Source: an uncultured Pelagibacteraceae bacterium (GTDB lineage Bacteria > Pseudomonadota > Alphaproteobacteria > Pelagibacterales > Pelagibacteraceae). Taken from it: DNA of 64,000 nucleotides. Positions within the stretch are counted from its first letter, which is position 1, and each line of letters starts with the position of its first letter. A model generated the notes under the pieces. The model saw nothing but the letters and a program-made list of their open reading frames with translations, was not told the DNA's origin and ran no database searches. Where the stretch lies: positions 4,368 to 68,367 of the forward strand of contig CABYZT010000003.1 in the NCBI GenBank assembly GCA_902523515.1, read 5' to 3'. Position numbers and translations under genes: made by a program. Positions 50,749 to 60,404 of the stretch are shown here, piece by piece.

Positions 50749-51588
50749 ATGAACTCCAAATACAAAGTTTTAAAATATTCATCTAATAAGTTTGAAAATA
50801 TAGATGACTTAATTTCAATTGAAGAACCATTAGAGATTTCATTAAAGTATAAAGAATCTGACAAATGGATAAATCAAAGTTTATCTATAACAATGAGAAC
50901 TCCTGGCGATGATGAGGATCTTGTAAGAGGATTTTTATATAACGAACAAATTATAACAAATATTGGTGATATTGACTCAATAGAAAGTTATGGAGATAAA
51001 GTTGGTCAACACAATATTCAAAACAAAATTTTAGCAACTTTAAATAATTCTAAAAATATAAACATTGCAAAAATAAAAAGAGAATTTTTAACTAATTCCT
51101 CATGTGGTGTATGTGGAAAATCTTCTCTTGATGCTCTAGAAATAATTAAAAAAGATAAAACAAATCCATCAGAACCTAAAATCAAAAAAGAGGTAATTGT
51201 TAAATCACCAGATATATTGAGAGAAGGCCAATCAGAATTCAGTAAAACAGGTGGAATTCATGCAAGTGGTCTTTTTAATAGCAATGGAGAATTAGTTACT
51301 GTCAGAGAGGATGTAGGAAGACATAATGCTCTAGATAAACTTATTGGTTGTGCATTAAAGAACAACCAAATTGATCCGAAAAACCAATTTATAACATGCT
51401 CAGGTAGACTAAATTTTGAATTGGTTCAAAAGGTCTTGATGACGGATATAGGTATAATGATCGGTGTTGGTGCGCCAACTAGTCTAGCTATCGATTTAGC
51501 GAATAAATTTGACATTACCCTTATTGGTTTCGTAAAGAGGGACAGTTTTAATATTTACACAAATAACAAAAAAGTTATTGTGGGCTAA
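50749..51588 (+). CDS. fdhD: Formate dehydrogenase accessory sulfurtransferase
   Basis: EEPLEI, TMRTPG, SSCGVCGK, TGGIHA, EDVGRHNALDK, SGR. Confidence 0.95.
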   Translation: MNSKYKVLKYSSNKFENIDDLISIEEPLEISLKYKESDKWINQSLSITMRTPGDDEDLVRGFLYNEQIITNIGDIDSIESYGDKVGQHNIQNKILATLNNSKNINIAKIKREFLTNSSCGVCGKSSLDALEIIKKDKTNPSEPKIKKEVIVKSPDILREGQSEFSKTGGIHASGLFNSNGELVTVREDVGRHNALDKLIGCALKNNQIDPKNQFITCSGRLNFELVQKVLMTDIGIMIGVGAPTSLAIDLANKFDITLIGFVKRDSFNIYTNNKKVIVG

Positions 51589-51606
51589 ATTAATAAAAGG
51601 GTATTT

Positions 51607-53262
51607 GTGTCAAAAAATATAAGTAATTTATCAGGCAGAATAGGCTTAAAAGATAACCTATTTAAACAAATCTCAGAAAATACCTTAAGCGATAATCCAC
51701 AAGATATTAAAGAAATTGCGAAAAAACATAACCTAGGCGTTTCAACACTCCATGGTGCAGAATCCTTTTATGAATTTTTGAGACCCTCTCATAGAGAAAA
51801 GAAAGCTTTTGTTTGTAACGGTAGTGCATGCATGTGTGCAGGCACTCAAGACAAATTAAAAGATAAACTAAAAGAAAAACTGGGTGATGACAAAGTTGGA
51901 GAAATGTTCTGCTTAGGTCATTGTTATGAAAACTATGCATTTCATTATGATGGAGAAAATTATGCTGGCAAAGATATAGAAAAAATTGACCAAATAATTA
52001 GAGGTGAAGAAATTAAACAAGATAAGTTTTTCTCTAAAAGTTATGCAACAACAAGTTTTTTAATGGATGACAAGTTATCTTCAACAGATCAATTCAAAGA
52101 GCAATTAAGTAAATTTTTAAAAACAGATAAAAAAGAAATAGTAAAATCATTATTAGATTCAAATTTAACAGGGAGAGGCGGTGCTGGTTTCCCAACAGGA
52201 ATGAAATGGGATTTTTGTAGTAAAGCAAAAGGAGATAAAAAATATGTTATCTGTAATGCAGATGAGGGCGACTCTGGTGCTTTCTCAGATAGATATTTAT
52301 TAGAGGATCAACCTTTAAAAGTTATTTTTGGAATGGTAATTTGTGGTTATGTGATAGGAAGCAATGAAGGAGTTTTATACATTAGAGGTGAATATCCTAA
52401 ATCTATTGAAGCAATTAATGGCTGCATCAATGAACTTAAAAAATTAAATTTACTAGGTGAAAATATTTTAGGAACCGATTTTTCTTTTGATCTTGGAATT
52501 TGTATTGGGCAAGGTGCTTATATTTGTGGAGAAGAAACAGCTTTGATTGCATCTATTGAAGGAAGAAGAGCTGAGGTAGATGTAAGACCTCCCTTCCCTG
52601 TTACCGAAGGGTTATATAAAAAACCAACTGTGGTTAATAATGTTGAAACATTGGCTGCTGCAACTGGAATTTTATTAAATGGATCAGAAAAATTTTCTTC
52701 AGTTGGAAATAAAAAATCAGCTGGAACAAAATTAGTTTGCTTAGATAGTTTCTTTAACAACCCAGGTGTTTATGAAATTGATATGGGTACACCAATGAAA
52801 AAAATATTTAATGAAATTGGTGGTGGATATAAAGAGCCTGTTAAAGCCTTTCAAATAGGTGGTCCACTTGGTGGTGTGGTTCCATTAAGTGAAATAGAAA
52901 ATCTTAATTTAGATTTTCAGGAATTTACTGCAAAAGGTTTCATGTTAGGTCATGCTAGTGTGGTGAGTATTCCTAAAGATTTTTCTATGTCTGAATACAT
53001 TCATCATCTTTTTGAATTTTCTGCTGAAGAATCATGCGGAAAATGTTTTCCTGGAAGACTTGGATCTTACAGAGGTAAAGAAATGTTTGACCAAGCTAAA
53101 AAGAAAACTGCCAAAATACCTTTGAAATTGCTTGAAGAATTGCTTGTTACAATGAAAAAAGGTTGTTTGTGTGCTTTATGTGGAGCTATTCCCACTCCTA
53201 TTCAAAACATCCTAAAATACTTTGGGGATGAAATGAAAAATGATATGGTTAAAGATAATTAA
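51607..53262 (+). CDS. NAD-dependent formate dehydrogenase diaphorase subunit, NuoE-like/NuoF-like fusion (FdsG/FdsB-like)
   Basis: N-terminal CNGSAC...CLGHC 2Fe-2S motif; GRGGAGFPTG, CNADEGD, GAYICGEETAL, ESCGKCFPGR, CALC; GTG start. Confidence 0.88.
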   Translation: MSKNISNLSGRIGLKDNLFKQISENTLSDNPQDIKEIAKKHNLGVSTLHGAESFYEFLRPSHREKKAFVCNGSACMCAGTQDKLKDKLKEKLGDDKVGEMFCLGHCYENYAFHYDGENYAGKDIEKIDQIIRGEEIKQDKFFSKSYATTSFLMDDKLSSTDQFKEQLSKFLKTDKKEIVKSLLDSNLTGRGGAGFPTGMKWDFCSKAKGDKKYVICNADEGDSGAFSDRYLLEDQPLKVIFGMVICGYVIGSNEGVLYIRGEYPKSIEAINGCINELKKLNLLGENILGTDFSFDLGICIGQGAYICGEETALIASIEGRRAEVDVRPPFPVTEGLYKKPTVVNNVETLAAATGILLNGSEKFSSVGNKKSAGTKLVCLDSFFNNPGVYEIDMGTPMKKIFNEIGGGYKEPVKAFQIGGPLGGVVPLSEIENLNLDFQEFTAKGFMLGHASVVSIPKDFSMSEYIHHLFEFSAEESCGKCFPGRLGSYRGKEMFDQAKKKTAKIPLKLLEELLVTMKKGCLCALCGAIPTPIQNILKYFGDEMKNDMVKDN

Positions 53263-56030
53263 TGAGCTCAGAAAAAAGAAAAATTGCTTATATTGATGGA
53301 AAACCATACGAAATTGGTCCTAAACACACATCTATTTTAAAATTTGTAAAAAGCTATGTAAGTGAAAAAAAAGTACCTACTTTATGTGATGATCCAAACC
53401 TAGCTCCTTATGGTGCTTGCAGAGTTTGCTCTGTAGAAGTTGCTTTAGAAAAAGATGGTCCAACAAGAGTGGTCGCATCTTGTCATACTCCAGTTGCTGA
53501 AAACCAACATATCTTTACTTCAAATGAAGATTTAATAAGTCTAAGAAAAAATATTGTTGAATTAGTTTTAACAGACCATCCAATGGAATGTGATACTTGT
53601 GAGGTAAATAATAATTGTGAATTACAAACAGTTGCAAACGATTTAGGAGTTGCTGATCACAGATACAACAGTCCTAAACAGCATAAAGGTATACCAAGAG
53701 ATACTTCTCACGATTACATGAGAATGAATTTAGACAATTGTATTAATTGTGGAAGATGTGTCAGAGCTTGTGACGAAATTCAAGGTTCATTTGTACTTAC
53801 AATGAGCGGAAGAGGTTTTGAATCTAGAATAACAACTGATAATGATATGATGTTTGGAGATAGTTCATGTGTATCTTGTGGAGCATGTGCGCATACATGT
53901 CCAACAGATGCAATTTCAGATGTTTTTCAATCTAAATCTGCAGCTGTAGATAAAAAAGTTAGGACAACTTGTTCATACTGTGGTGTTGGATGTAATTTAG
54001 AAGCATCAATAAAAGATGATAAAGTTGTTGCAATAGATACTCCAAAACAAACAGAGGTAAATGCTGGTCATACCTGTATTAAAGGAAGATATGCATTTAG
54101 TTTTTACGATCATCCAGACAGATTAAAAACACCTTTAATTAAAAGAAATGGAAAGTTTGAAGAAGCTTCGTGGGATGAAGCTTATGATTTTATTAAAAAA
54201 GAAATGAACAGAATTACAAAAGATAACGGTCCAGATGCCTTTGCTGGAATTTCTTCTGCAAGATGTACGAATGAAGAAAATTATGTTTTTCAAAAAATGA
54301 TTAGAGCGGCTGTGGGAACTAACAGTGTAGATTGTTGTGCAAGAATTTGTCATTCACCAACAGCTTGGGGAATGCAACAAACTTTTGGGACTGGGGCAGC
54401 AACTAACTCTACAGAAGATATTTATCATGCGGATTTATTTTTGGTAATTGGAGCTAATCCAACAAATGCTCATCCTGTAACAGGAGCAAAAATAAAACAG
54501 CAAGTGATGAAAGGTAAAAAATTAATTGTACTTGATCCAGTTACAACTGAACTAGCAAAACTTGCTGATTATCATATTAAACTTAGACCAGGAACTAATG
54601 TTGCGGTTTTAAATATGATGTTACACTTTATTATTAAATCAAAACTTTATAATGCAGATTTTGTTAGAGATAGAACTGAAGGTTTTGACAATTTCTTAAA
54701 GGAAATTGAAAGACAAGATGTTGATCATTTAGCAAAAGTAGCTGGTGTAGATAAACAATTAGTTAAAGAAGCAGCAATTGCATACGCTACTGCAAGAAAT
54801 TCAATGGAGTTCCATGGTTTAGGAGTTACTGAACACGAACAAGGATCTAAAACTGTAATGTTAATTGCAGATCTAGCAATGATCACTGGAAACATTGGAC
54901 GAAAAGGTGTCGGGGTTAATCCTTTAAGAGGTCAAAACAATGTTCAAGGTGCTGCGGATATGGGATGTCAACCACACCAAGGTGCTGGATATTTTCCTGT
55001 AGCTGATGAAAAACATCAAGAATTCTATACAGAAAAATATGGAGTAACTCACCCAACTAAACCAGGATTAAAAATTCCTCAAATGTTTGAAGCTGCAATA
55101 AACAAGGAATTAAAAGGTTTATGGATCATTGGTGAAGATATTGTTCAAACAGATCCTAATAGTGCTCATGTAATTGAAGCTATGAATTCTTTAGAACTTT
55201 TAGTTGTTCAAGAGATATTTATGAGTGAAACAGCAAAATTAGCAACTGTTGTTCTGCCAGGTACTACTTTCTTAGAAAAAGATGGAACTTTTACAAACAC
55301 TGAGAGAAGAATTCAAAGAGTGAATAGAGCTGTACCTCCACTACCAGGCACTAAACCTGATGGATTAATTGTAACTGAGATGATGCAGAAATTAGGTTTT
55401 GACCAGCCAACTTATGATGCAGATCAAGTTCTAGCAGAAATTGCTGATATTGTTCCCTTCTTTAAGGGAGTTACCAGAGAGAGACTTGGAAAATTTGGAT
55501 TACAATGGCCAGTTCAAGAAGATGGAACTGATACGAAAATTTTACATACAGAAACATTTAAATTAGGTAAAGGCAGACTTAAAAACTTTGATTGGAAAGA
55601 ATCGTCAGAAATAGAAGCTAATCAAAAAGACTATCCTTTGATTTTGACAACTAGTAGAGTTTTACAACATTACAACGCTGCAACAATGACTAGAAGAACA
55701 AAAAATATAAATATTGTAGATGAAGATGTTTTATTAATTCATCCTAAAGATGCTGAGTATAGAGATCTAAACACTGGTGATATCGGAAGACTTTATTCAG
55801 GTAGAGGTGAGGTTGCTCTTAAGGTTGAGGTTACAGATAAGGTTAAAGAAGGAATTGTTTTTACTACATTCCATTTCCCAGAACATATGGTTAATATGGT
55901 TACAGGTCATGGTAAAGACGAAGAAACAATGTGTGCAGAATACAAAGTATCTTCTGTTGAAGTACAAAAAATTTCTAATCAATTTAAAACAGAAGTTAAA
56001 CCAAAAGAAAATCAAGCTGAAGTTAGTTAA
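53262..56030 (+). CDS. fdhF: Mo-bisPGD formate dehydrogenase alpha subunit (FdsA/FdhF type, Cys ligand)
   Basis: N-terminal Fe-S motifs (CRVC, HxxxCxxCxxxxxC, two CxxCxxCxxxC), CSYCGVGC, ARICH, LRGQNNVQG, EKDGTFTNTERR. Confidence 0.93.
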   Translation: MSSEKRKIAYIDGKPYEIGPKHTSILKFVKSYVSEKKVPTLCDDPNLAPYGACRVCSVEVALEKDGPTRVVASCHTPVAENQHIFTSNEDLISLRKNIVELVLTDHPMECDTCEVNNNCELQTVANDLGVADHRYNSPKQHKGIPRDTSHDYMRMNLDNCINCGRCVRACDEIQGSFVLTMSGRGFESRITTDNDMMFGDSSCVSCGACAHTCPTDAISDVFQSKSAAVDKKVRTTCSYCGVGCNLEASIKDDKVVAIDTPKQTEVNAGHTCIKGRYAFSFYDHPDRLKTPLIKRNGKFEEASWDEAYDFIKKEMNRITKDNGPDAFAGISSARCTNEENYVFQKMIRAAVGTNSVDCCARICHSPTAWGMQQTFGTGAATNSTEDIYHADLFLVIGANPTNAHPVTGAKIKQQVMKGKKLIVLDPVTTELAKLADYHIKLRPGTNVAVLNMMLHFIIKSKLYNADFVRDRTEGFDNFLKEIERQDVDHLAKVAGVDKQLVKEAAIAYATARNSMEFHGLGVTEHEQGSKTVMLIADLAMITGNIGRKGVGVNPLRGQNNVQGAADMGCQPHQGAGYFPVADEKHQEFYTEKYGVTHPTKPGLKIPQMFEAAINKELKGLWIIGEDIVQTDPNSAHVIEAMNSLELLVVQEIFMSETAKLATVVLPGTTFLEKDGTFTNTERRIQRVNRAVPPLPGTKPDGLIVTEMMQKLGFDQPTYDADQVLAEIADIVPFFKGVTRERLGKFGLQWPVQEDGTDTKILHTETFKLGKGRLKNFDWKESSEIEANQKDYPLILTTSRVLQHYNAATMTRRTKNINIVDEDVLLIHPKDAEYRDLNTGDIGRLYSGRGEVALKVEVTDKVKEGIVFTTFHFPEHMVNMVTGHGKDEETMCAEYKVSSVEVQKISNQFKTEVKPKENQAEVS

Positions 56031-56035
56031 TTAAA

Positions 56036-57481
56036 ATGACCATTGGTTGGCATTTTGATAATACGTATTCAAAGTTATCAAATACTTTTAAAGAAAATAT
56101 TAAACCAACTCCTGTTCATGATCCTGAATTAGTAATTTTAAATGAGGAACTAGCATCTACTTTAAATTTAGATTTTTCAAAAACTGACAAAAAAAAATTA
56201 GCAGAAATATTTTCTGGAAACTCTATACCGGAAGAAACTAATACTATTGCACAAGCATATGCGGGTCATCAATTCGGACACTTTACTATGTTAGGAGATG
56301 GTAGAGCAGTTTTATTGGGTGAGCATTTAGTTAACAATGATAATCGATTTGACATTCAGTTTAAAGGTTCAGGAAGAACTTCTTTTTCTAGAGGGGGTGA
56401 TGGAAGAGCAGCACTAGGACCTATGCTTAGAGAATATATTATCAGTGAAGCGATACATTCATTAAATATTCCAACTACTAGAAGCCTAGCTGTAGTAAAA
56501 ACAGGAGAAAAAGTTGTAAGAGAAAACCTTTTACAGGGTGCAATATTAACAAGAGTTGCATCAAGTCATCTTCGAGTTGGAACATTTCAATATATTGCTG
56601 CAACTCAAAACATTGAAAATTTAAATACTTTAGTCGACTACACAATAAACAGACATTATCCAGAAATTAAAAAATCAAATTCAAAAGGATTAGACTTGTT
56701 AAATCTTGTAATGGAAAAACAATGCCAGCTAGTAATCAATTGGATGAGGGTTGGATTTATTCATGGGGTTATGAATACTGACAACATGGCAATTTCAGGT
56801 GAAACCATTGATTATGGTCCTTGTGCATTTATGGATCATTATGATCCGAAAACTGTCTTTAGCTCAATAGATAAATTTGGGAGATATGCCTTTTCTAATC
56901 AACCACCAATTACAAAGTGGAATTTAGCAAGATTTGCAGAATGTTTAATCCCTCTAATTGATAAAAATGAAAATACTGCAACCAAATTAGCTACAGATTT
57001 AATAGATAATTTCCAAAATATTTATGAGGATAAGTGGTTAAATATGATCAGAGATAAGCTTGGTCTATTTGGTGAGGAAAAAAATGATAAAAAATTAATT
57101 AATGATTTGTTTAATTGGATGGAAAAAAATAAAGCAGATTACACAAATACTTTTTGTCATTTAATGGGTATTAATTCTGATGAAGTTTACAAAAATGTTG
57201 AATTTGTCAATTGGAAAAATGAATGGAAAAAAAGATCTGAGTTAAATAATTCAACTAAGGAAAAACAAATCAAACTTATGAAATCAAATAATCCAATTGT
57301 TATTCCTAGAAATCATAAAGTAGAGGAAGCCTTAGCTGAAGCAGACAAAGGAAGTTTAGATAAAATGAAAAAATTATTAGCTATTTTAAAAAATCCTTAC
57401 GACAATCAAAATAATATTGAGGAATATCAAACGCCTGCTCCATCAAACAATGAAAAATATCAAACTTTTTGTGGAACTTGA
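56036..57481 (+). CDS. selO: Protein adenylyltransferase SelO/YdiU
   Basis: AQAYAGHQFG, LGDGRA, QFKGSGRT, DGRA, HGVMNTDN, IDYGP, C-terminal TFCGT. Confidence 0.94.
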   Translation: MTIGWHFDNTYSKLSNTFKENIKPTPVHDPELVILNEELASTLNLDFSKTDKKKLAEIFSGNSIPEETNTIAQAYAGHQFGHFTMLGDGRAVLLGEHLVNNDNRFDIQFKGSGRTSFSRGGDGRAALGPMLREYIISEAIHSLNIPTTRSLAVVKTGEKVVRENLLQGAILTRVASSHLRVGTFQYIAATQNIENLNTLVDYTINRHYPEIKKSNSKGLDLLNLVMEKQCQLVINWMRVGFIHGVMNTDNMAISGETIDYGPCAFMDHYDPKTVFSSIDKFGRYAFSNQPPITKWNLARFAECLIPLIDKNENTATKLATDLIDNFQNIYEDKWLNMIRDKLGLFGEEKNDKKLINDLFNWMEKNKADYTNTFCHLMGINSDEVYKNVEFVNWKNEWKKRSELNNSTKEKQIKLMKSNNPIVIPRNHKVEEALAEADKGSLDKMKKLLAILKNPYDNQNNIEEYQTPAPSNNEKYQTFCGT

Positions 57482-57483
57482 AA

Positions 57484-58587
57484 TTATAAAACGTAAGGCT
57501 CTGGCCTAGCTGATTTACCCAAAACTCTTTCAACTGCAAAATCACTTATATCAATTGTTTGGTATGATCCTGTTGTGATTAGTTCAGTTAAGGCCCTACC
57601 GATACCTGGTGCCTGCATTAAGCCTCGTCCGGTAAACCCAGATGCCATGTATACATTCTCATATTTTGGATGTTTACCGACTACTGCGTTATTATCCAAT
57701 CTATTACAATCATAGTAACCTGCCCATCCACCAGTTAACTTTAATTCCTCAAAAGCAGGTATTCGTTTAGCTAGAGCTGGCCAGACTAATTCTTCAAAGT
57801 CATTCCAGGCTGGTTCTAAATCTTCTGCGTCGAATACAGAAATAGGTGAGCCTGCTAAATATTCTCCTCCTTCTGGTCTCCAATAAACACCCGTTGTTAA
57901 ATCTCCACTTAGTGGCATCTCTTTTATATATGTTGGGCATTTTACTCTAAACACAGTATGCTTTTGAGGAACAACAGGAATATCCTCTAACAATTCTTTT
58001 GTCCAACAACCAGCCGCGGAAACAATTGTTTTGGCATTTATTTCAGAAATACTTTTTACTTCACCCTTAATAAATTCTGCTCCAAGCTCTATTGCTTTGC
58101 TTTTAAGAGCGCTATGAAACATAAATGGATCAATCCATCCTTCGCTTTGGTTATCTGTATAGGTTGCTGTTTCAATTCCCTCACTATTAACATAAGGAAA
58201 AACTTTTGATAATTCTGAGCCTTTAATATTTTTTGTTCCTGCATCACAATCTTTATGGTTTTCTAATGCTCTATATTGCTCTTCAGCATGTTCAGGGCCA
58301 AACATTAAAAGATATCCATTGGTTACCATACTAGCTGTTGGATTAGGATTTTTTTCTGTTTTTAATAATTCTGGTATTTGAAAAATAAATTCTCTTGCAA
58401 ATTTTCCTAATAAAATATTTTCTTTTTGGAAAAATTGTCTTCTAAAACCTCCTAGAGATAATGGGAATGAAGCTGTTTTATAAGTAGGATCTCTTTCAAT
58501 GACTTTTACTTTTCTACCTTCTTTGGATAAAAAATAAGCAGTTGCTGCCCCTATTATTCCACCACCAATTACTACAACATCATCCAT
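57484..58587 (-). CDS. FAD-dependent oxidoreductase (DAO family, FOXRED1-like)
   Basis: VIGGGIIG, ERDPTY...SLGGFRRQF, EGWIDP, WAGYYD, GFTGRGLMQAPGIG. Confidence 0.85.
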   Translation of the reverse strand: MDDVVVIGGGIIGAATAYFLSKEGRKVKVIERDPTYKTASFPLSLGGFRRQFFQKENILLGKFAREFIFQIPELLKTEKNPNPTASMVTNGYLLMFGPEHAEEQYRALENHKDCDAGTKNIKGSELSKVFPYVNSEGIETATYTDNQSEGWIDPFMFHSALKSKAIELGAEFIKGEVKSISEINAKTIVSAAGCWTKELLEDIPVVPQKHTVFRVKCPTYIKEMPLSGDLTTGVYWRPEGGEYLAGSPISVFDAEDLEPAWNDFEELVWPALAKRIPAFEELKLTGGWAGYYDCNRLDNNAVVGKHPKYENVYMASGFTGRGLMQAPGIGRALTELITTGSYQTIDISDFAVERVLGKSARPEPYVL

Positions 58588-58589
58588 AT

Positions 58590-59072
58590 CTAATTTAACA
58601 TAATTAAGCTTGTATTGAGAATTAGTGCAAAGCTACACCAAAGTAAATATGGAATCATTAAGTAGGCGCTCAACATCTTGACGCGTTTAAACCTTAAAAT
58701 TAAGTTAATTATCAATGCTATTAGAGTGATTAAAACTAATAAAGCCAAGACCATATTGTGAAAAACAAAAAAAACTACACTCCAAGTTGTATTGAAAATT
58801 AAATGAATGAAGTAAATATAAACAGTATTCATATCTCTATTTTTAGTATGCCAATAAAGCCATATAGAGAAAGTCATCATTAAATAAAGAGATGTCCAGA
58901 CAGGACCAAATATCCAATCTGGAGGATTAAAAGTTGGTTTATTTAAAAGTGAATACCAAGGTTCTTTAAATGTAATTGTAGACAAACCTCCAATGAATGA
59001 GGCAGAGAATGTAATAGCAAGAAACAACAGAAATGTTAAAAATTTGTTTTTAAGCATATTAAATATATACAT
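58590..59072 (-). CDS. tspO: TspO/MBR tryptophan-rich sensory protein
   Basis: WYSLLNKPTFNPPDWIFGPVWTSLY, NTTWS, PYLLW. Confidence 0.93.
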   Translation of the reverse strand: MYIFNMLKNKFLTFLLFLAITFSASFIGGLSTITFKEPWYSLLNKPTFNPPDWIFGPVWTSLYLMMTFSIWLYWHTKNRDMNTVYIYFIHLIFNTTWSVVFFVFHNMVLALLVLITLIALIINLILRFKRVKMLSAYLMIPYLLWCSFALILNTSLIMLN

Positions 59073-59080
59073 AACAAAAA

Positions 59081-59839
59081 ATGAGTAAAAAAACTATTTG
59101 GATTACTGGAGGAAGTACTGGCATTGGTAAAGCTTTAGCAATTAAGTTTGCAGCCATGGGATGGAACGTTGCTATATCTGCAAGACGAGCTGAATTATTG
59201 AATGAGCTTTCAAATTCTTATGAAAATATTTCAGGTTTTCCTCTAGATGTGACTGACAAAGAAAAGTGTAAAGAAGTATTTAATGAAATTAAAAACAAAT
59301 TTGAAAATATAGATATTTGTTTTTTTTCAACAGGAACATGGGATCCAAAAAAAGAGAAAGAAATAGATGTCGAGCAAATGGAAGACGTATTTAAGGTAAA
59401 TTTTTTTGGAACAGTTAATTGTATTAAAGCTGTTGAACAGTACTTTAGAGATAAAAAAAAAGGAATAATAACTATTGTGTCATCAATTGCGGGATATAGA
59501 GGATTACCTAATTCAACTGGATATGGACCATCAAAGTCGGCATTAAATAACTTAGCTGAAAGTTTGTACTTTGATTTTAAAAGACACAATGTACGTGTTT
59601 GTTTAGTGTCTCCTGGTTTTATTAAAACTCCAATGACAGATAAAAATGATTTTAAAATGCCTTTTTTAAAAACACCCGAGTATGCAGCAGATCAAATTTT
59701 TGAAGGTTTAGTAAACAAAAATACATTTGAAATACATTTTCCAAAATCACTTACAATAACATTAAAGCTGCTTAGTTTTTTACCAAGTAAAATTTATTTT
59801 GGATTAGTTGGAAAACTCACAAAATATCAAAAAAAATAG
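59081..59839 (+). CDS. Short-chain dehydrogenase/reductase
   Basis: WITGGSTGIG, SSIAGYRGLP, YGPSK, PGFIKTPMTDKNDFKMPF. Confidence 0.9.
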   Translation: MSKKTIWITGGSTGIGKALAIKFAAMGWNVAISARRAELLNELSNSYENISGFPLDVTDKEKCKEVFNEIKNKFENIDICFFSTGTWDPKKEKEIDVEQMEDVFKVNFFGTVNCIKAVEQYFRDKKKGIITIVSSIAGYRGLPNSTGYGPSKSALNNLAESLYFDFKRHNVRVCLVSPGFIKTPMTDKNDFKMPFLKTPEYAADQIFEGLVNKNTFEIHFPKSLTITLKLLSFLPSKIYFGLVGKLTKYQKK

Positions 59840-60400
59840 TTAATCTTTTACAAATACAACTGTTAATTCTGCTACTTTAAAACCAAACTTTGTCATAGTT
59901 GCTCTATTTATTGCAACTCTATCATCTTGTTTAAAAATCCAATCATCAAAAGTGATTTTTATCTCTTTACCTTTGACTGGAACTAATAAAACATATTCAA
60001 ATTTAAATGCAGGTCCGTAAGAATAACCTTTCGCTTTACCAACAACATCACCTGCTGTCCCTTCATAATTGTTTTCATCAATTTTATTTATTTTCCATTC
60101 TCGGTCTTGAACTTCACCATCATCCCAATTAAATTTTTCTTTAAGAATTAGCTGCTTTCCATCCCAAGTTCCATTTAAGTCTGCAGAAAATTGTCTTGTA
60201 ACTTTTCCTGATCTATTTTGTAAAACACCCCAAGCCTTAACATTTCCAGATAAATATTCTTCAATGATTAATCTCGGTTCTTTATTTTTAAAATCTTCTG
60301 GTTTCATAGCGCTATTATTCGAGCAACTTGTAATTAAGAATAATAAAATTATCAACGAAATTGGCTTAATAATTTTTATATGTCGCATAAATATCTCCAT
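59840..60400 (-). CDS. DUF3833-family lipoprotein
   Basis: LITSC lipobox; AWGVLQNRSGKVTRQF, YEGTAGDVVG, FDDWIF. Confidence 0.85.
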   Translation of the reverse strand: MEIFMRHIKIIKPISLIILLFLITSCSNNSAMKPEDFKNKEPRLIIEEYLSGNVKAWGVLQNRSGKVTRQFSADLNGTWDGKQLILKEKFNWDDGEVQDREWKINKIDENNYEGTAGDVVGKAKGYSYGPAFKFEYVLLVPVKGKEIKITFDDWIFKQDDRVAINRATMTKFGFKVAELTVVFVKD

Positions 60401-60404
60401 TATT

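Noticed and set aside
53262-56030. Selenocysteine-containing formate dehydrogenase
   Set aside because: The active site reads ARICH with a Cys codon and the ORF has no in-frame TGA.
427-59589. Short antisense or alternate-frame ORFs in the track (e.g. 427-621, 3806-4290, 10722-11120, 43507-43830, 44260-44526, 47321-47659, 59218-59589)
   Set aside because: They overlap well-supported genes, have no recognisable motifs and look like shadow ORFs.
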